Shown one piece after another: positions 10,204-19,808 of a stretch of DNA of 64,000 bases. The position numbers and the translations under genes are program-made. Source of the DNA: an uncultured delta proteobacterium (lineage in GTDB: Bacteria > Myxococcota_A > Polyangia > Polyangiales > Polyangiaceae); the NCBI GenBank assembly GCA_963696385.1, contig CAVOKF010000004.1:928001-992000 (forward strand). The letters run 5' to 3'. The notes below the pieces were generated by a model. The model had not been told where the DNA came from. It ran no database searches and saw nothing but the letters and a program-made list of their open reading frames with translations. How positions within the stretch are numbered: the first letter of the stretch is position 1; every line of letters starts with the position of its first letter.

Positions 10204-10417
10204 CGAAGAGTCCGTCCCAACCCTCGCTATCCCACGCGAGAGGGTCATGGACGTCCGAGAACTCACCGGGGTTCACGGGCGCGCAAGCGTAACGCTCGCG
10301 ATCGTCTCTCCCTCGCAAGACGATCACCTCGACGAGTTCGCCCTCTCGAGCGTCGACACCCGTGACGGTAACGACTCCACCTTTGCTGACTTGGGCGACG
10401 ATGCGGTGCGGCTGCAT
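10190..10417 (-). CDS. Putative antitoxin upstream of the PemK fragment
   Basis: 75 aa with an acidic C-terminus; overlaps the toxin start; N-terminus resembles a swapped-hairpin fold. Confidence 0.55.
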   Translation of the reverse strand: MQPHRIVAQVSKGGVVTVTGVDAREGELVEVIVLRGRDDRERYACAPVNPGEFSDVHDPLAWDSEGWDGLFDEAR

Positions 10418-10811
10418 GTGCCACACAACGATACCGCCGATCGTGCGGAGGAGCGACGGCAGCGTGAGCCCCATCGGTCCCAAGCCGTTTGCGCCTCGGC
10501 AACTCGCTCGATTGCCTTTGCGGCCCGCCCTGACGACGCGGCTGGGGATCACGGCAGCGCGATGGCACGGAATCCACGGGGGAGGATCCGGATCACGAAC
10601 CACCCTTCGGGCCAAACCTTCTGGGCGAAACCTTCGGGACTTTCGCCTGCGTTTTGTCCGTTGACCGGACGTTGCCATGCTGATCTCAAATCGCGTGATG
10701 TCGCGTGACGACCCCTGATGCTGCGATGGCGACGAATCCCGCGTCTTTTCATGATGTTTTGAATGAATACCGATGTTTACAGAGCTAAACGAAATAAGGC
10801 TTCTCTCAACA

Positions 10812-10845
10812 CATAACCCGAAGGTCGCAGGTTCAAAGCCTGCCC
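10812..10845 (+). other. 3' half of initiator tRNA-Met, probable att-site remnant
   Basis: CATAACCCGAAGGTC-GCAGG-TTCAAAG-CCTGC-CC: anticodon 3' side, variable loop and T-arm of tRNA-fMet; no 5' half upstream. Confidence 0.7.
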
Positions 10846-10892
10846 GCAGGGAGCCACACCCTTGGAGCCCGGCACATCATGGGACCTCGTCG

Positions 10893-11553
10893 ATGAAACT
10901 CGGTGTGCTTGCCGAGGTGACGTACGTCGTTGCCACGGGCCTCTTCGCGGCCGCATGCTCGTCGTCGAACACCGTGCCGTCCGGGGACAGCGGAACCGAA
11001 GCCTCCGTGGTGAGCGAGGGGGGCGACGGGAGCAGCGCTCCCGCGGATTGCCGCGGGTAACCCGGAGGGCACCACACGCAGTATCTACGTCGTGGCGTGC
11101 GGTTCGATATGGGAGTGGAGCCAAGGCAACGGTCAGTGGGGGTGCACCGACCCGACGGGTCCCTTCTGCACCAGCGATAGCCAGCTGGGGAACGCACGGG
11201 CCGTGGCGGTAGGAGCCGAATCGTCCACGGTATGGGTTGTCGACAATAACGGCGAAACGTGGAATCCCAATGGAATTGCGGTTGGCGGCAATCCGAATGA
11301 ATTCAGTCAGCCCTACGCGCACTCGATCGCCTTGTTCGGGGACCTGGACAATGTGCCTTTTAGCATCACCGGTGAGGTAGCTGGGGCTGGTAATTTCCAA
11401 GTTTGTGAATGGAATGGCTCGTGGACGTGCCCGGTGGGCGGCAGCTGGACCCAACCAACGGAGGGGGGCTGGGGTAAAAGTGTCTCGGCGTCGGGTAATA
11501 TGGTCGCCGTGCTGAATGCCCAAAACGAGATCTGGATCGATACCGGGGACTAA
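10893..11553 (+). pseudogene. Lipoprotein with Trp-rich (tectonin-like) repeats, split by a frameshift near 11050
   Basis: Lipobox FAAAC; second ORF has VWVVDNNG, QVCEWNGSW, VAVLNAQNEIW; removing one base joins the frames. Confidence 0.5.
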
Positions 11554-11570
11554 CGTATCTACCCAGCCGA

Positions 11571-11965
11571 TCAGTGCCGGTACGACCGAGCGTCGATGCC
11601 GAAGCGCTTCAGCCAGCGCTGCACCTGCATCCGCGCCTTGCCAATCTCGCGCGAAACTTCGCTCACATTTCCCCGGTGCCGCATCAGCGCGGACTCGAGC
11701 TGCTGGCGTAGAGCTTGCGGCGCCTCGATGGGGACAGAGGGGACAGCACCGACCAGTGCGGGCGGCAGATGCCGGATGTCGATGGCGTGGCCGCCCGCGA
11801 GCGTTGCTGCCACCTGCAGCGCGTGATTCAACTCGCGCACGTTCAGGGGCCAGTCGTGCTGGAGCAACACGCGACACGCCGCCGACGTGATGCGGGTACG
11901 GCGCGCGGAGTCGATCGCGCCGACGAGCAGGCCGATGTCTTCGATGCGCTCGCGCAGCGCAGCGG
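11571..11965 (-). pseudogene. Sigma-54 enhancer-binding protein C-terminal fragment (AAA+ end and Fis HTH)
   Basis: LRERIEDIGLL...HDWPLNVRELNH...GNVSEVSREIGKARMQVQRWLKRFGI. Confidence 0.8.
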
Positions 11966-11995
11966 TGCATTCGGTACGGGACCGGGCCGCCCTTC

Positions 11996-12767
11996 TCAGG
12001 AGGGCCGCATGCGCGCGAGCCGATCGTCGAGGCGTCGCTCGCGCAGGCGCTTCTCGCCCTCTCGAGCATGTCAGCGCGCGTCGTCTAGAAGAGGGGGTAG
12101 TCCCCGAGCGGCCGCTCGAGCGCCTTCAGCGCCGCGAGGCCCTCCGAGGGTCCCGCGAGCATCGAGACGGCCACCGCTCGGTTCAGCGCCACGACCGGCG
12201 AAGGCGAAACCTCCGTAAGCGCATCGTACAGAGCGACGATCGTCGCCCAGTCGGTCCTTTCCCACCTCTGTGCCGTCACGTGCGCTGCCGCGATCTCGGC
12301 TTGCAAGACGTACGGACCTCGCCCTCCGAGCGAGCGCGCGCGCCGAAGCGCCATCACTGAGCGGAGGAGCTCCCGATTCCATCGCGATCGATCCTGCGCG
12401 GCGAGCAGGATCGGCAGCCCCTCGTTGTCCACGCGCGTGCGCGCTCGCGCAGCGGCGAACGCCATGATCGCCAGCGCGCCGAACGCCTCGGGCTCTTGCG
12501 GCACGAGGTCGCAGAGCAGCCGCGCGAGGCGAAGCGCCTCCGCCTGGAGGTCGAGCCGCATCAACGGGCCGCTCCGCCCGGTGTGCCCCTCGTTGAACAT
12601 CGCGTACAGGACGGCCAGTGCCGCCCCCACGCGCTCTGCGAGATCCGTGCGCTCGGGGTTCGCGTATCCGACGCTCTTGTCCTCGAGCGTCTGCTTCGCG
12701 CGCACCCCGACGATGCGCCGCGCTCGCTGCGCACCGTAAGGTCGACGATCGCCGTCAGGTCCGCCAC
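11996..12767 (-). pseudogene. Decayed ECF42-type sigma factor (paralog of 35602-36825)
   Basis: Co-linear with the intact copy but missing the IVG...RAKQTL interval (~400 bp, sigma2 and most of sigma4); premature stop after DYPLF. Confidence 0.85.
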
Positions 12768-13468
12768 AGCTCGCGAATCTCCAGGGCGCCGTGCACGACG
12801 AAGGGCGTCCCGTCGGCCCACCGCACCGCGTCTTCGAGGCTCGTCATGCGCACGAAGAATAGTCCGCCGATGACCTCCTTGCTCTCGAGGAACGGTCCGT
12901 CGAACGTTGCGCGTCTCTCGCCGCGCGTCACGATGCGCCGTCCGCTCCTCGGTGGCTCGAGGCGAAGGCCCCCGAGCAACGACGCTTCCGGGAAGCGACC
13001 GCGCGTTTCCTCGTCGATCCGGTCCATCACTTCGACCCACCCCTCTTGCGTCTTGGTGCTCCCGAGCACCGCGCACGCGAAGATCTTGCCCGCCTTTGCC
13101 TCTTTGTCCTTCGGGCACATGCCCTTCATCACCGGGCGCACGTCGATCTCGTCGGTCGGGAGCACGGGAACCTTCGCCGCGAGCTCCGCCGCCTCGTCGA
13201 AGCTGCCCGCCTGGACCCAGTAGTAGCCGCCGAGGGCCTTGCCCTCCTCGGAGAAAGGCCCGTCGCGGACCTCCAGCCGGTCGCCCGCGCGACGGACGCG
13301 CTTGCCCTTTTGGCTGGGGCGAAAGCGCCCGCTGTCCCTGAGCCGCCCCGCGCGGCCCAGCTCCTCGGCATACGCGGCGCTCTGTTCGATGAGCTCCGAC
13401 ATCGCCTTCGGCGGCTGCGACGCATGGGCGTGCTCGTCTTCCAGCGTCATCACCAGGAACTCGGCCAC
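12755..13468 (-). CDS. Tandem YCII/DGPF domain protein
   Basis: RDGPFSEEGKALGGYY and FDGPFLESKEVIGG motifs. Confidence 0.85.
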   Translation of the reverse strand: MAEFLVMTLEDEHAHASQPPKAMSELIEQSAAYAEELGRAGRLRDSGRFRPSQKGKRVRRAGDRLEVRDGPFSEEGKALGGYYWVQAGSFDEAAELAAKVPVLPTDEIDVRPVMKGMCPKDKEAKAGKIFACAVLGSTKTQEGWVEVMDRIDEETRGRFPEASLLGGLRLEPPRSGRRIVTRGERRATFDGPFLESKEVIGGLFFVRMTSLEDAVRWADGTPFVVHGALEIRELWRT

Positions 13469-13560
13469 CGGCTCACCTCCGCAACTCGTGGGCGCGCGGA
13501 TCGCCGCGGCATGTCGACGCTCAAGCTACCCCTCGCGGGGGAGCGAGGCGTGCCCGATGA

Positions 13561-14067
13561 TCAGTTCTTCTCCGCGCGGAGCATCGCGATCAGGTCCGTG
13601 ACGCCCGGGTCCACTCCGAGCTGCATGAGGATCGTCGTCGCCTGCCCACGGTGGTGCACTCCGTGATTCAGGAAATGAGACACGGCCCACCACGTCGGGT
13701 GGGCCCAGGGATCACCGCGGAGATTCGCGTAGCGCATCTCTCGGTCAAGGGCGTCGACCGTGAGGCTTGCGATGAAGTGCTCGATCGCGTCGTCCGTTGC
13801 GCGTCGATCTGCGAGCAAAGCGTCGAAGTCGTCGTGGATACGATTCTTCGGGAATCGCGGCTTGGGCGGGTCACATGCGGCGAACCTGGAGAGCCACACT
13901 TTGTCCGCGAAGAGAATGTGGTCGAGTGTCGAAAAGAGCGACCCAAAGAAGGCGCCGACGTCGCGCTTGCGCTGCTCGTCGGTGAGCGCCGCCGCGTGCA
14001 TGTAGAGGGACTCGTTCATCCAGCGGTTGTAGCGCGCCATAGCCGAGTAGTGCGTGAGGACATCCAT
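13561..14067 (-). CDS. DinB family protein
   Basis: MARYNRWMN, FFGSLFSTLDHILFAD, HFLNHGVHHRGQ. Confidence 0.9.
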   Translation of the reverse strand: MDVLTHYSAMARYNRWMNESLYMHAAALTDEQRKRDVGAFFGSLFSTLDHILFADKVWLSRFAACDPPKPRFPKNRIHDDFDALLADRRATDDAIEHFIASLTVDALDREMRYANLRGDPWAHPTWWAVSHFLNHGVHHRGQATTILMQLGVDPGVTDLIAMLRAEKN

Positions 14068-14293
14068 GCTGCATGGGTAGCCGATCGGGGTCGGTGCCGC
14101 ACTGGGCTCGATGGCCATCGGAGGTCTGGAAAGAGCGCAGCGCTGACCTGGTTCTCGAGATCGTTGTCGCCGACCTCTCCCGAGCGGTTCGCTTCTCGGA
14201 GTAGACCAGGTCGAAGCCACGGGGATCCCGACGCCGCAAGCCGCCGCAGGCCCGCACGCGGGTCCCAGCGTCGGTCGAGCGCCGACAATGCCT

Positions 14294-15007
14294 CTAGATC
14301 TGCGCAGCCAGCACCCTCGTCTTTTCAGGAATGTCGCTGCCGGTGACAGGCGGCCCGTGCGCCGGCACAACGGTTGTGGGGGCGGCCTTCGTCATGACGT
14401 CATCGACCCAGTCGCGGACGGCCTTCTTGTCCTTCACCTGAAGCCACACGGCTGGCCGGAACAGTCGGTACCCCGGCGCCGAATCGGTCACCGACATCAG
14501 CAAGCGAAACACGAGGTTCGAGGGCAACTTCGGAATGTTCGCGAACAGGTCCGAAGGGTACCAGAAGGACCCGCCGGTGCCGCGCACGGTCGCGATCGCG
14601 TTGCCCACCTTGTGCCCCGGCGAATCGATGACGTTGGCCCTGTCGCCGAGCAGCGGTGCGAGCGCGTCGAGAGGCTCGAAGCGACCAAGCTCGGGAACCC
14701 TCTTTGCGAGCCGATCGATCCCCTGGGCGGGGGCGAAGCTTCTGGCCTGAGGAAAGTGCTTGCGCCAAAGCGACTGCCCCTTCCAATGGAATCCGTTGCT
14801 GGCCACCAGTGCGACGACGTTGCCGAACGGTTTGAGCTCGTCGAGCACGGCGGGTGCGACGCCGCTGCATGGGCTCATCACGATGAGGCCGTCGTCCGCG
14901 CCACGGAAGACGAAGGTCGTGGCGACACCACCCCCGAACGAATACTCACGCCAGAGGATCGCACTCTCGCGTTCGAGTACGTTCCAGCCCAAAGAGGTCG
15001 TTTCCAT
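14294..15007 (-). CDS. Metallo-beta-lactamase-like hypothetical protein (DUF4336-like)
   Basis: LVASNGFH, SDLF, VVPAHG. Confidence 0.55.
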   Translation of the reverse strand: METTSLGWNVLERESAILWREYSFGGGVATTFVFRGADDGLIVMSPCSGVAPAVLDELKPFGNVVALVASNGFHWKGQSLWRKHFPQARSFAPAQGIDRLAKRVPELGRFEPLDALAPLLGDRANVIDSPGHKVGNAIATVRGTGGSFWYPSDLFANIPKLPSNLVFRLLMSVTDSAPGYRLFRPAVWLQVKDKKAVRDWVDDVMTKAAPTTVVPAHGPPVTGSDIPEKTRVLAAQI

Positions 15008-15219
15008 CCCACACCTCTGCGCCCTACGAACGGATTCCAATCCGGGCCTGCGTCGGGTTGCAAGACCATCGACGGGCCGCGGTGCGATGCCCTCGAGCAT
15101 CTCGTGTGCGAGGCGAGCCTTCGAAAGCGGCAGCGGTGGTACCGGCGTACTGGCGAGCAGACGCCCGGGCGGTCCCCCCGTGGTGGCACGGCTCCAGCTT
15201 TGGCGGTATCGCCGAGGAG

Positions 15220-16014
15220 ATGGGCAGGGATCGCGCGTGCCTTTTCAGGCCGCACACCGTCACCTTCGATTGCTGGGAAACCTTGCTCACCGAGGCGGGG
15301 TCGGGCCAACGGCACTCGGCGCGTGCGGCTATCCTCTGCGCGCACACGGGCGCGGAGCCCGAGGCCGCGGAGGCCGCACTCCGCGACGCCTGGCGCGAGC
15401 ACCAGCTCTCTTGGCACCGGCGTAGGGCCTTCACGGGCCGCGACATGACAGTCGGGTGTCTGAACGCACTCAACGTGACGCTCGACTCGGCGAAGACCGA
15501 GCGACTCATCGACGAGCTGGAGTCGGAGATTCTCACGCACAACGTCGTTGCCATCGCGGGTTCGCGCGAGACGCTGGAAGCGCTCGCTCGCCGCGGCGTG
15601 CGCCGCGCGCTCATCTGCGACACGGGCTACACGCCCGGCCGCGTCGTGCGCCAGCTTCTCGCCCGGGTAGGCTTGCTCGAGTACCTCGAAGTGCAGGTGT
15701 TCTCTGACGAGGTGGGCGTCCCTAAGCCGCACGCGCTTGCGTTTAAGGCGGCCCTCGACGGCCTGGGCGTGGGCCCGCGCGGCGCCGTGCACGTCGGCGA
15801 CCTGCGGCGCAGCGATGTCGCCGGCGCCCGGGCGTACGGCATGGGCTCCGTGCGCATCACCGTGGAGAATGACGACGAGGCGGTCGACCCCGGACCCAAT
15901 GCGTCGGTCATCGGCTGCGGCGAGGCAGGCTGCAACCCGCGTTGCGATCGCCCCGAGGCGGACGCCCTCGTCGCGGACTATCGCGAACTCCGCGAACGGC
16001 TCGGCTTCGGATAA
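15220..16014 (+). CDS. HAD-superfamily hydrolase
   Basis: TFDCWETL, KPHALAF, HVGDLRRSDVAGA. Confidence 0.85.
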   Translation: MGRDRACLFRPHTVTFDCWETLLTEAGSGQRHSARAAILCAHTGAEPEAAEAALRDAWREHQLSWHRRRAFTGRDMTVGCLNALNVTLDSAKTERLIDELESEILTHNVVAIAGSRETLEALARRGVRRALICDTGYTPGRVVRQLLARVGLLEYLEVQVFSDEVGVPKPHALAFKAALDGLGVGPRGAVHVGDLRRSDVAGARAYGMGSVRITVENDDEAVDPGPNASVIGCGEAGCNPRCDRPEADALVADYRELRERLGFG

Positions 16015-16275
16015 ACCCCCAGGCGATGAAGCCTGGAGCCCGAAAGGCCCGCCGCGCCCGCAGGGGTTGGGGGCTCCGCACGCCCTGACGTCCTGTTAGC
16101 CCCGAGGACCCGAGAGAAGATCCAGACCATGCCTCCACCGGCTAGGCTAGTCGCTCTGCGCGGCCGATGGCCACCTGCCACGCTTCGTCCATCGTCGGGG
16201 CCGCGCGCGGGCAGCCTTGAGAATTCGGCGAGCGGGTGCGTCCCCATCGCCCCGGTCGCGTACACTGTTTTCCCC

Positions 16276-16815
16276 ATGAGCCTGTCTCTCCACTCGTTGG
16301 CGATAGAGACGTTCGTCCCCACGCTGCGCACGCTGTCCACGCTCCTCGACATGGGCGCATCCCACGCGGCCGAGAGGACGTTCGATCCGACGATTCTCGT
16401 TCAGGCCCGCCTGGCTCCGGACATGCTCCCGCTCGCGGCGCAGGTCAGGCTGGCCTGTCACCACGCGAAGGACGCGACCTCCCGCCTCGCGGGGCAGGGA
16501 GCAACGACGTACGGAGGCAACGACGCCACGATCGACGAGATGAAGGTGCGCATCGAGCAGACGATCGAGTTCATGCGGAGCACGCCGGCGGCTGCGTTCG
16601 AGGGGGCGGAGGATCGCGAGGTCGTGATCCCCGTAACCGGCTCCGAGCGGGACTTCCATATGAAGGGCTTCGAGCTACTGCGCGACTGGTCGCTGCCGCA
16701 CTTCTATTTTCACTATGTCACCGCCTACGACATCCTCCGCCACAACGGCGTCCTCATTGGAAAGCGGGACTATATGAGCCAGATCGGTCGGTACATCCGG
16801 CCGCGCGCCGTGTGA
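16276..16815 (+). CDS. DUF1993 family protein
   Basis: QARLAPDMLPLAAQV, LPHFYFHYVTAYDILRHNGVLIGKRDY. Confidence 0.9.
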   Translation: MSLSLHSLAIETFVPTLRTLSTLLDMGASHAAERTFDPTILVQARLAPDMLPLAAQVRLACHHAKDATSRLAGQGATTYGGNDATIDEMKVRIEQTIEFMRSTPAAAFEGAEDREVVIPVTGSERDFHMKGFELLRDWSLPHFYFHYVTAYDILRHNGVLIGKRDYMSQIGRYIRPRAV

Positions 16816-16925
16816 CGCTCGTGAACGAGGTATCTCGTCGAGTTTCCGCTGGGGAGCCGGGAGCAATGCTTTCACTTCGCGCGGGAGGGGAGAGAGAACG
16901 GGCATGGGCTCGCTTCGAGGAGGGA

Positions 16926-17600
16926 CTATTCGGTCTTGAAGCCGACCTTGGCGTGGGTGCCGTCGCAGAGCGGCTTCTTTGATGACTGTCCGCATCGGCA
17001 CAGTGCTGCGCGCTCCGTCCGCAGGACCGTGCGCCCGGTGCCGGAGCAGATCTCGAGCGGCCCCTTGACACCGAGCGGTCCGTTCTGAAAAGGCGTGACC
17101 GTAAGCTCCCCGCCACGCACCGCGAGCGGCTCGCTAGGCTGCGTCGCCGGCTCGCCCGTCGCGTTGAACCCGGCAGCGACATGAGATCCGTCACAAAACG
17201 GCTTGTTCTTAGAGGCGCCGCAGCGGCACAGGGTCGCGCGGATCATCTTGCCGTGTCCCTCGATGGTGAGCGTCGCCTGGATCGCGATGGGGCCGTTCTC
17301 GCGGACGCGGGCAACGTTCACGGACGGCAGCGCCTCTGCGGGACCGCCGTCGGTCCGCTCGTAGGTGATCGCCCCCGAGGGGCACGCGCGGGCGATTGCC
17401 GCTAGCTCTTCGACCGGGATCCCGTCGGGCTCGAGCCACGGCCCCTGAACGTTTGCGCGGAACACCTCGGGGGCGCCGAGGACGCAGTGGCGCGAGTGGA
17501 TGCAGCGCCTCCCCTCGAAGCGGAGAAGAAGGTTCTTCCCGCGTGCCTGTTCGATGGCGGGCGTAAAGCTCGCGGCGGACGGATCGTTCGGATCGCTCAT
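16926..17600 (-). CDS. Divergent 4Fe-4S domain plus two CDGSH iron-sulfur domains
   Basis: CIHSRHC, CPSGAI, CRCGASKNKPFCDGSH, CRCGQSSKKPLCDGTH. Confidence 0.9.
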   Translation of the reverse strand: MSDPNDPSAASFTPAIEQARGKNLLLRFEGRRCIHSRHCVLGAPEVFRANVQGPWLEPDGIPVEELAAIARACPSGAITYERTDGGPAEALPSVNVARVRENGPIAIQATLTIEGHGKMIRATLCRCGASKNKPFCDGSHVAAGFNATGEPATQPSEPLAVRGGELTVTPFQNGPLGVKGPLEICSGTGRTVLRTERAALCRCGQSSKKPLCDGTHAKVGFKTE

Positions 17601-17853
17601 GCGTGGCTTCCTTCCGTGGTTTCCTGCAGCCCATCGTGCCTCGCGCGACCGCGATGCGCGAGAGCCGTGTCGCCTTGTCCTCAGGCCGCCAGTGCCGCCG
17701 AATAGGGCTCCAAGCGAGCGCACGATTCGCGTGTGGAGAGCCGACGCGGGCAAACTGGTAGTTGAGCGGCAGATCGTCGCACCCGTTCCAAGTCAGCTTC
17801 GCCCCCGGACCAGGTCCACTCTCTCCTCGGCCGGATCGCCTATCTTTCGAGCC

Positions 17854-18777
17854 ATGACCCCGCTCACCTGCGCCCTCCACCGCCACGTCCCCGACGCGCC
17901 CAGAGTCGACCTCTTTTACGCGCCGCTGGCCTACGCTATCGAACAGCAGCTTGCGCGCGCGACGACGCGGCCGCTCGTTCTCGGCATCCAGGGCCCGCAG
18001 GGGAGCGGCAAATCCACGCTCGCGATGGCCCTCACGCAGGCCTTCGTGGACGTCGGAGCCCGGAGCGTCTCGATGTCGATCGACGACTTCTATCTCCCCA
18101 ACGCCGACCAGCGCGCCCTCGCCGCACGCTGGGCGGGAAACCGCTATCTCGAGCACCGCGGCGGCCCAGGAACGCACGACGTCGAGCTCGGGACTCGCGT
18201 CCTCGGCGAGCTCTGCGCGCTCGGGCCTGGCATGTCGACGCGCATGCCGATCTACGACAAGTCGGCGCAGGCCGGCCGGGGCGATCGCGCGCCGGAGAAT
18301 CAGTGGAGACGCACCGACGGACCTCTCGACCTCGTGCTCCTCGAAGGCTGGATGCTCGGCTTCTCGCCCCTGACGGACGAAGAGCTCGCGTCCACGCATG
18401 ATGCGGCGCTCCCGGTGGTAAACGATCTGCTGCGACCTTACGCGGCATGGACGCGCGCGCTCGATGCCTTCGTGCACCTCGACGTCGAAAAGCTCGAGAC
18501 CATCGTCGGCTGGCGCGTCGACGCAGAGCGCCATCGGCGCGAGCGCGGCGAGCAAGCGCTCAGCGACGACGATACACGGGACTACATCGAGCGCTTTCTG
18601 CCTATCTATCGGACATACGTACCGCGACTCCACGCCCACCCGCCGCGCGACGACTTCAAACACATCGTGCTCGGAGCCGATCGGATGCCCATCGCCACCT
18701 GCGTCAAACCGAAATACCGAGACCCGAACAACACCGCCGAGACGTGGGCGGTCACGGGGACGAAGTCGAAGTGGTAG
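17854..18777 (+). CDS. P-loop kinase, D-glycerate 3-kinase-like
   Basis: GIQGPQGSGKST, SIDDFY, RGGPGTHD, YDKSAQAGRGDR, EGWMLGF. Confidence 0.8.
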   Translation: MTPLTCALHRHVPDAPRVDLFYAPLAYAIEQQLARATTRPLVLGIQGPQGSGKSTLAMALTQAFVDVGARSVSMSIDDFYLPNADQRALAARWAGNRYLEHRGGPGTHDVELGTRVLGELCALGPGMSTRMPIYDKSAQAGRGDRAPENQWRRTDGPLDLVLLEGWMLGFSPLTDEELASTHDAALPVVNDLLRPYAAWTRALDAFVHLDVEKLETIVGWRVDAERHRRERGEQALSDDDTRDYIERFLPIYRTYVPRLHAHPPRDDFKHIVLGADRMPIATCVKPKYRDPNNTAETWAVTGTKSKW

Positions 18778-18968
18778 GAGTCGTCACGGCACGAAGGTTC
18801 GCTGGCCATATCTTCTTTTATTCGCGACCGGCGGCGTGACGCCGCGGCCATGGTCACGAAGGTCGATGACCTTCTGACGCCCTCTGCCGCCTGCCAGCGC
18901 GAGCGTAAGCCCCTTACGCGCAGCCTGTGCTGGTAGGCGACGCTGGTCCGCAAGGTAAGATCGACCTC

Positions 18969-19808
18969 ATGCCGAGCCAATTGCGGTCTGTCGCCGACGT
19001 CGCTTACGAACGCGTTCGTGAGGTCGCGCTGCGCTTCCCGGCGGCCGAGGAGAAGCTCTCGCACGGGGCCCCGTCGTTCCACGTGCGCGGGAAGATGTTC
19101 CTCACGTTCGTCGACGACCACCACGGCGACGGGCGCATCGCTGTGTGGTGCAAGGCCACGTTTGACGATCAGCGCAGGCTCGTCGCCGGCAACCCGGCAC
19201 GATTCTTCGTCCCGCCCTACGTCGGGGTGAAGGCGTGGGTCGGCGTGAAGGTAGACGAGGCGAGCGCCGACTGGATCGAACTGGCGATCCTGGTCGAGGA
19301 TGCGTGGAGGTCGGTCGCGCCGCCGCGCGTGCTCCGTGGCGAGCCGGTCTCGAGCGCGGCGCTCGGCGGGCCGGCCCCCGCCCGCATACAGACCGATGCG
19401 AAGGTCGCGCAGCGAGCGTTCAAGCGCCTGTCGGCCATTTGCCTGGCGTTGCCGGAGGCGGTCTGCGAACGCGAGGGACGCCATGCAGCGTTCCGCGTGC
19501 GAAGCAAGGTGTTCGCCTACTTTCTCGACAATCACCATGGCGATGGGGCGATCGCGGCGTGCCTCAAAAGCGACAAGCGCGAGAACGCACGCCTCGTCGC
19601 TCGGGACCCGAAGCACTTTTATTCGCCCGCGTACGTCGGCCCGCGCGGCTACCTGGGCGTGCGCCTCGACGCCGCCGCCGTCGACTGGGACGCCATCGCG
19701 GTGCGCGTGCGCGCGAGTTACAGGAGCGTCGCGCCCAGGCGCCTCGTGGCCGGCGGCCAAGACGACGGAACCGGCCGGGCGGCCGGGGTAGTGTCTCAGC
19801 GTAAGTAA
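18969..19808 (+). CDS. Tandem MmcQ/YjbR family protein
   Basis: Two repeats: DDHHGDG...FFVPPYVGVKAWVG and DNHHGDG...FYSPAYVGPRGYLG. Confidence 0.85.
   Translation: MPSQLRSVADVAYERVREVALRFPAAEEKLSHGAPSFHVRGKMFLTFVDDHHGDGRIAVWCKATFDDQRRLVAGNPARFFVPPYVGVKAWVGVKVDEASADWIELAILVEDAWRSVAPPRVLRGEPVSSAALGGPAPARIQTDAKVAQRAFKRLSAICLALPEAVCEREGRHAAFRVRSKVFAYFLDNHHGDGAIAACLKSDKRENARLVARDPKHFYSPAYVGPRGYLGVRLDAAAVDWDAIAVRVRASYRSVAPRRLVAGGQDDGTGRAAGVVSQRK

Noticed and set aside
10812..10845. Functional tRNA-Met gene
   Set aside because: The 5' acceptor strand, D-arm and 5' anticodon stem are absent, and there is no CCA end.
16015..16075. Hairpin CCAGGC-GATGAA-GCCTGG followed by GAAA; considered as a hammerhead, REP or IS200/605 end
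   Set aside because: Lacks the CUGANGA core, occurs once, and no transposase is present.
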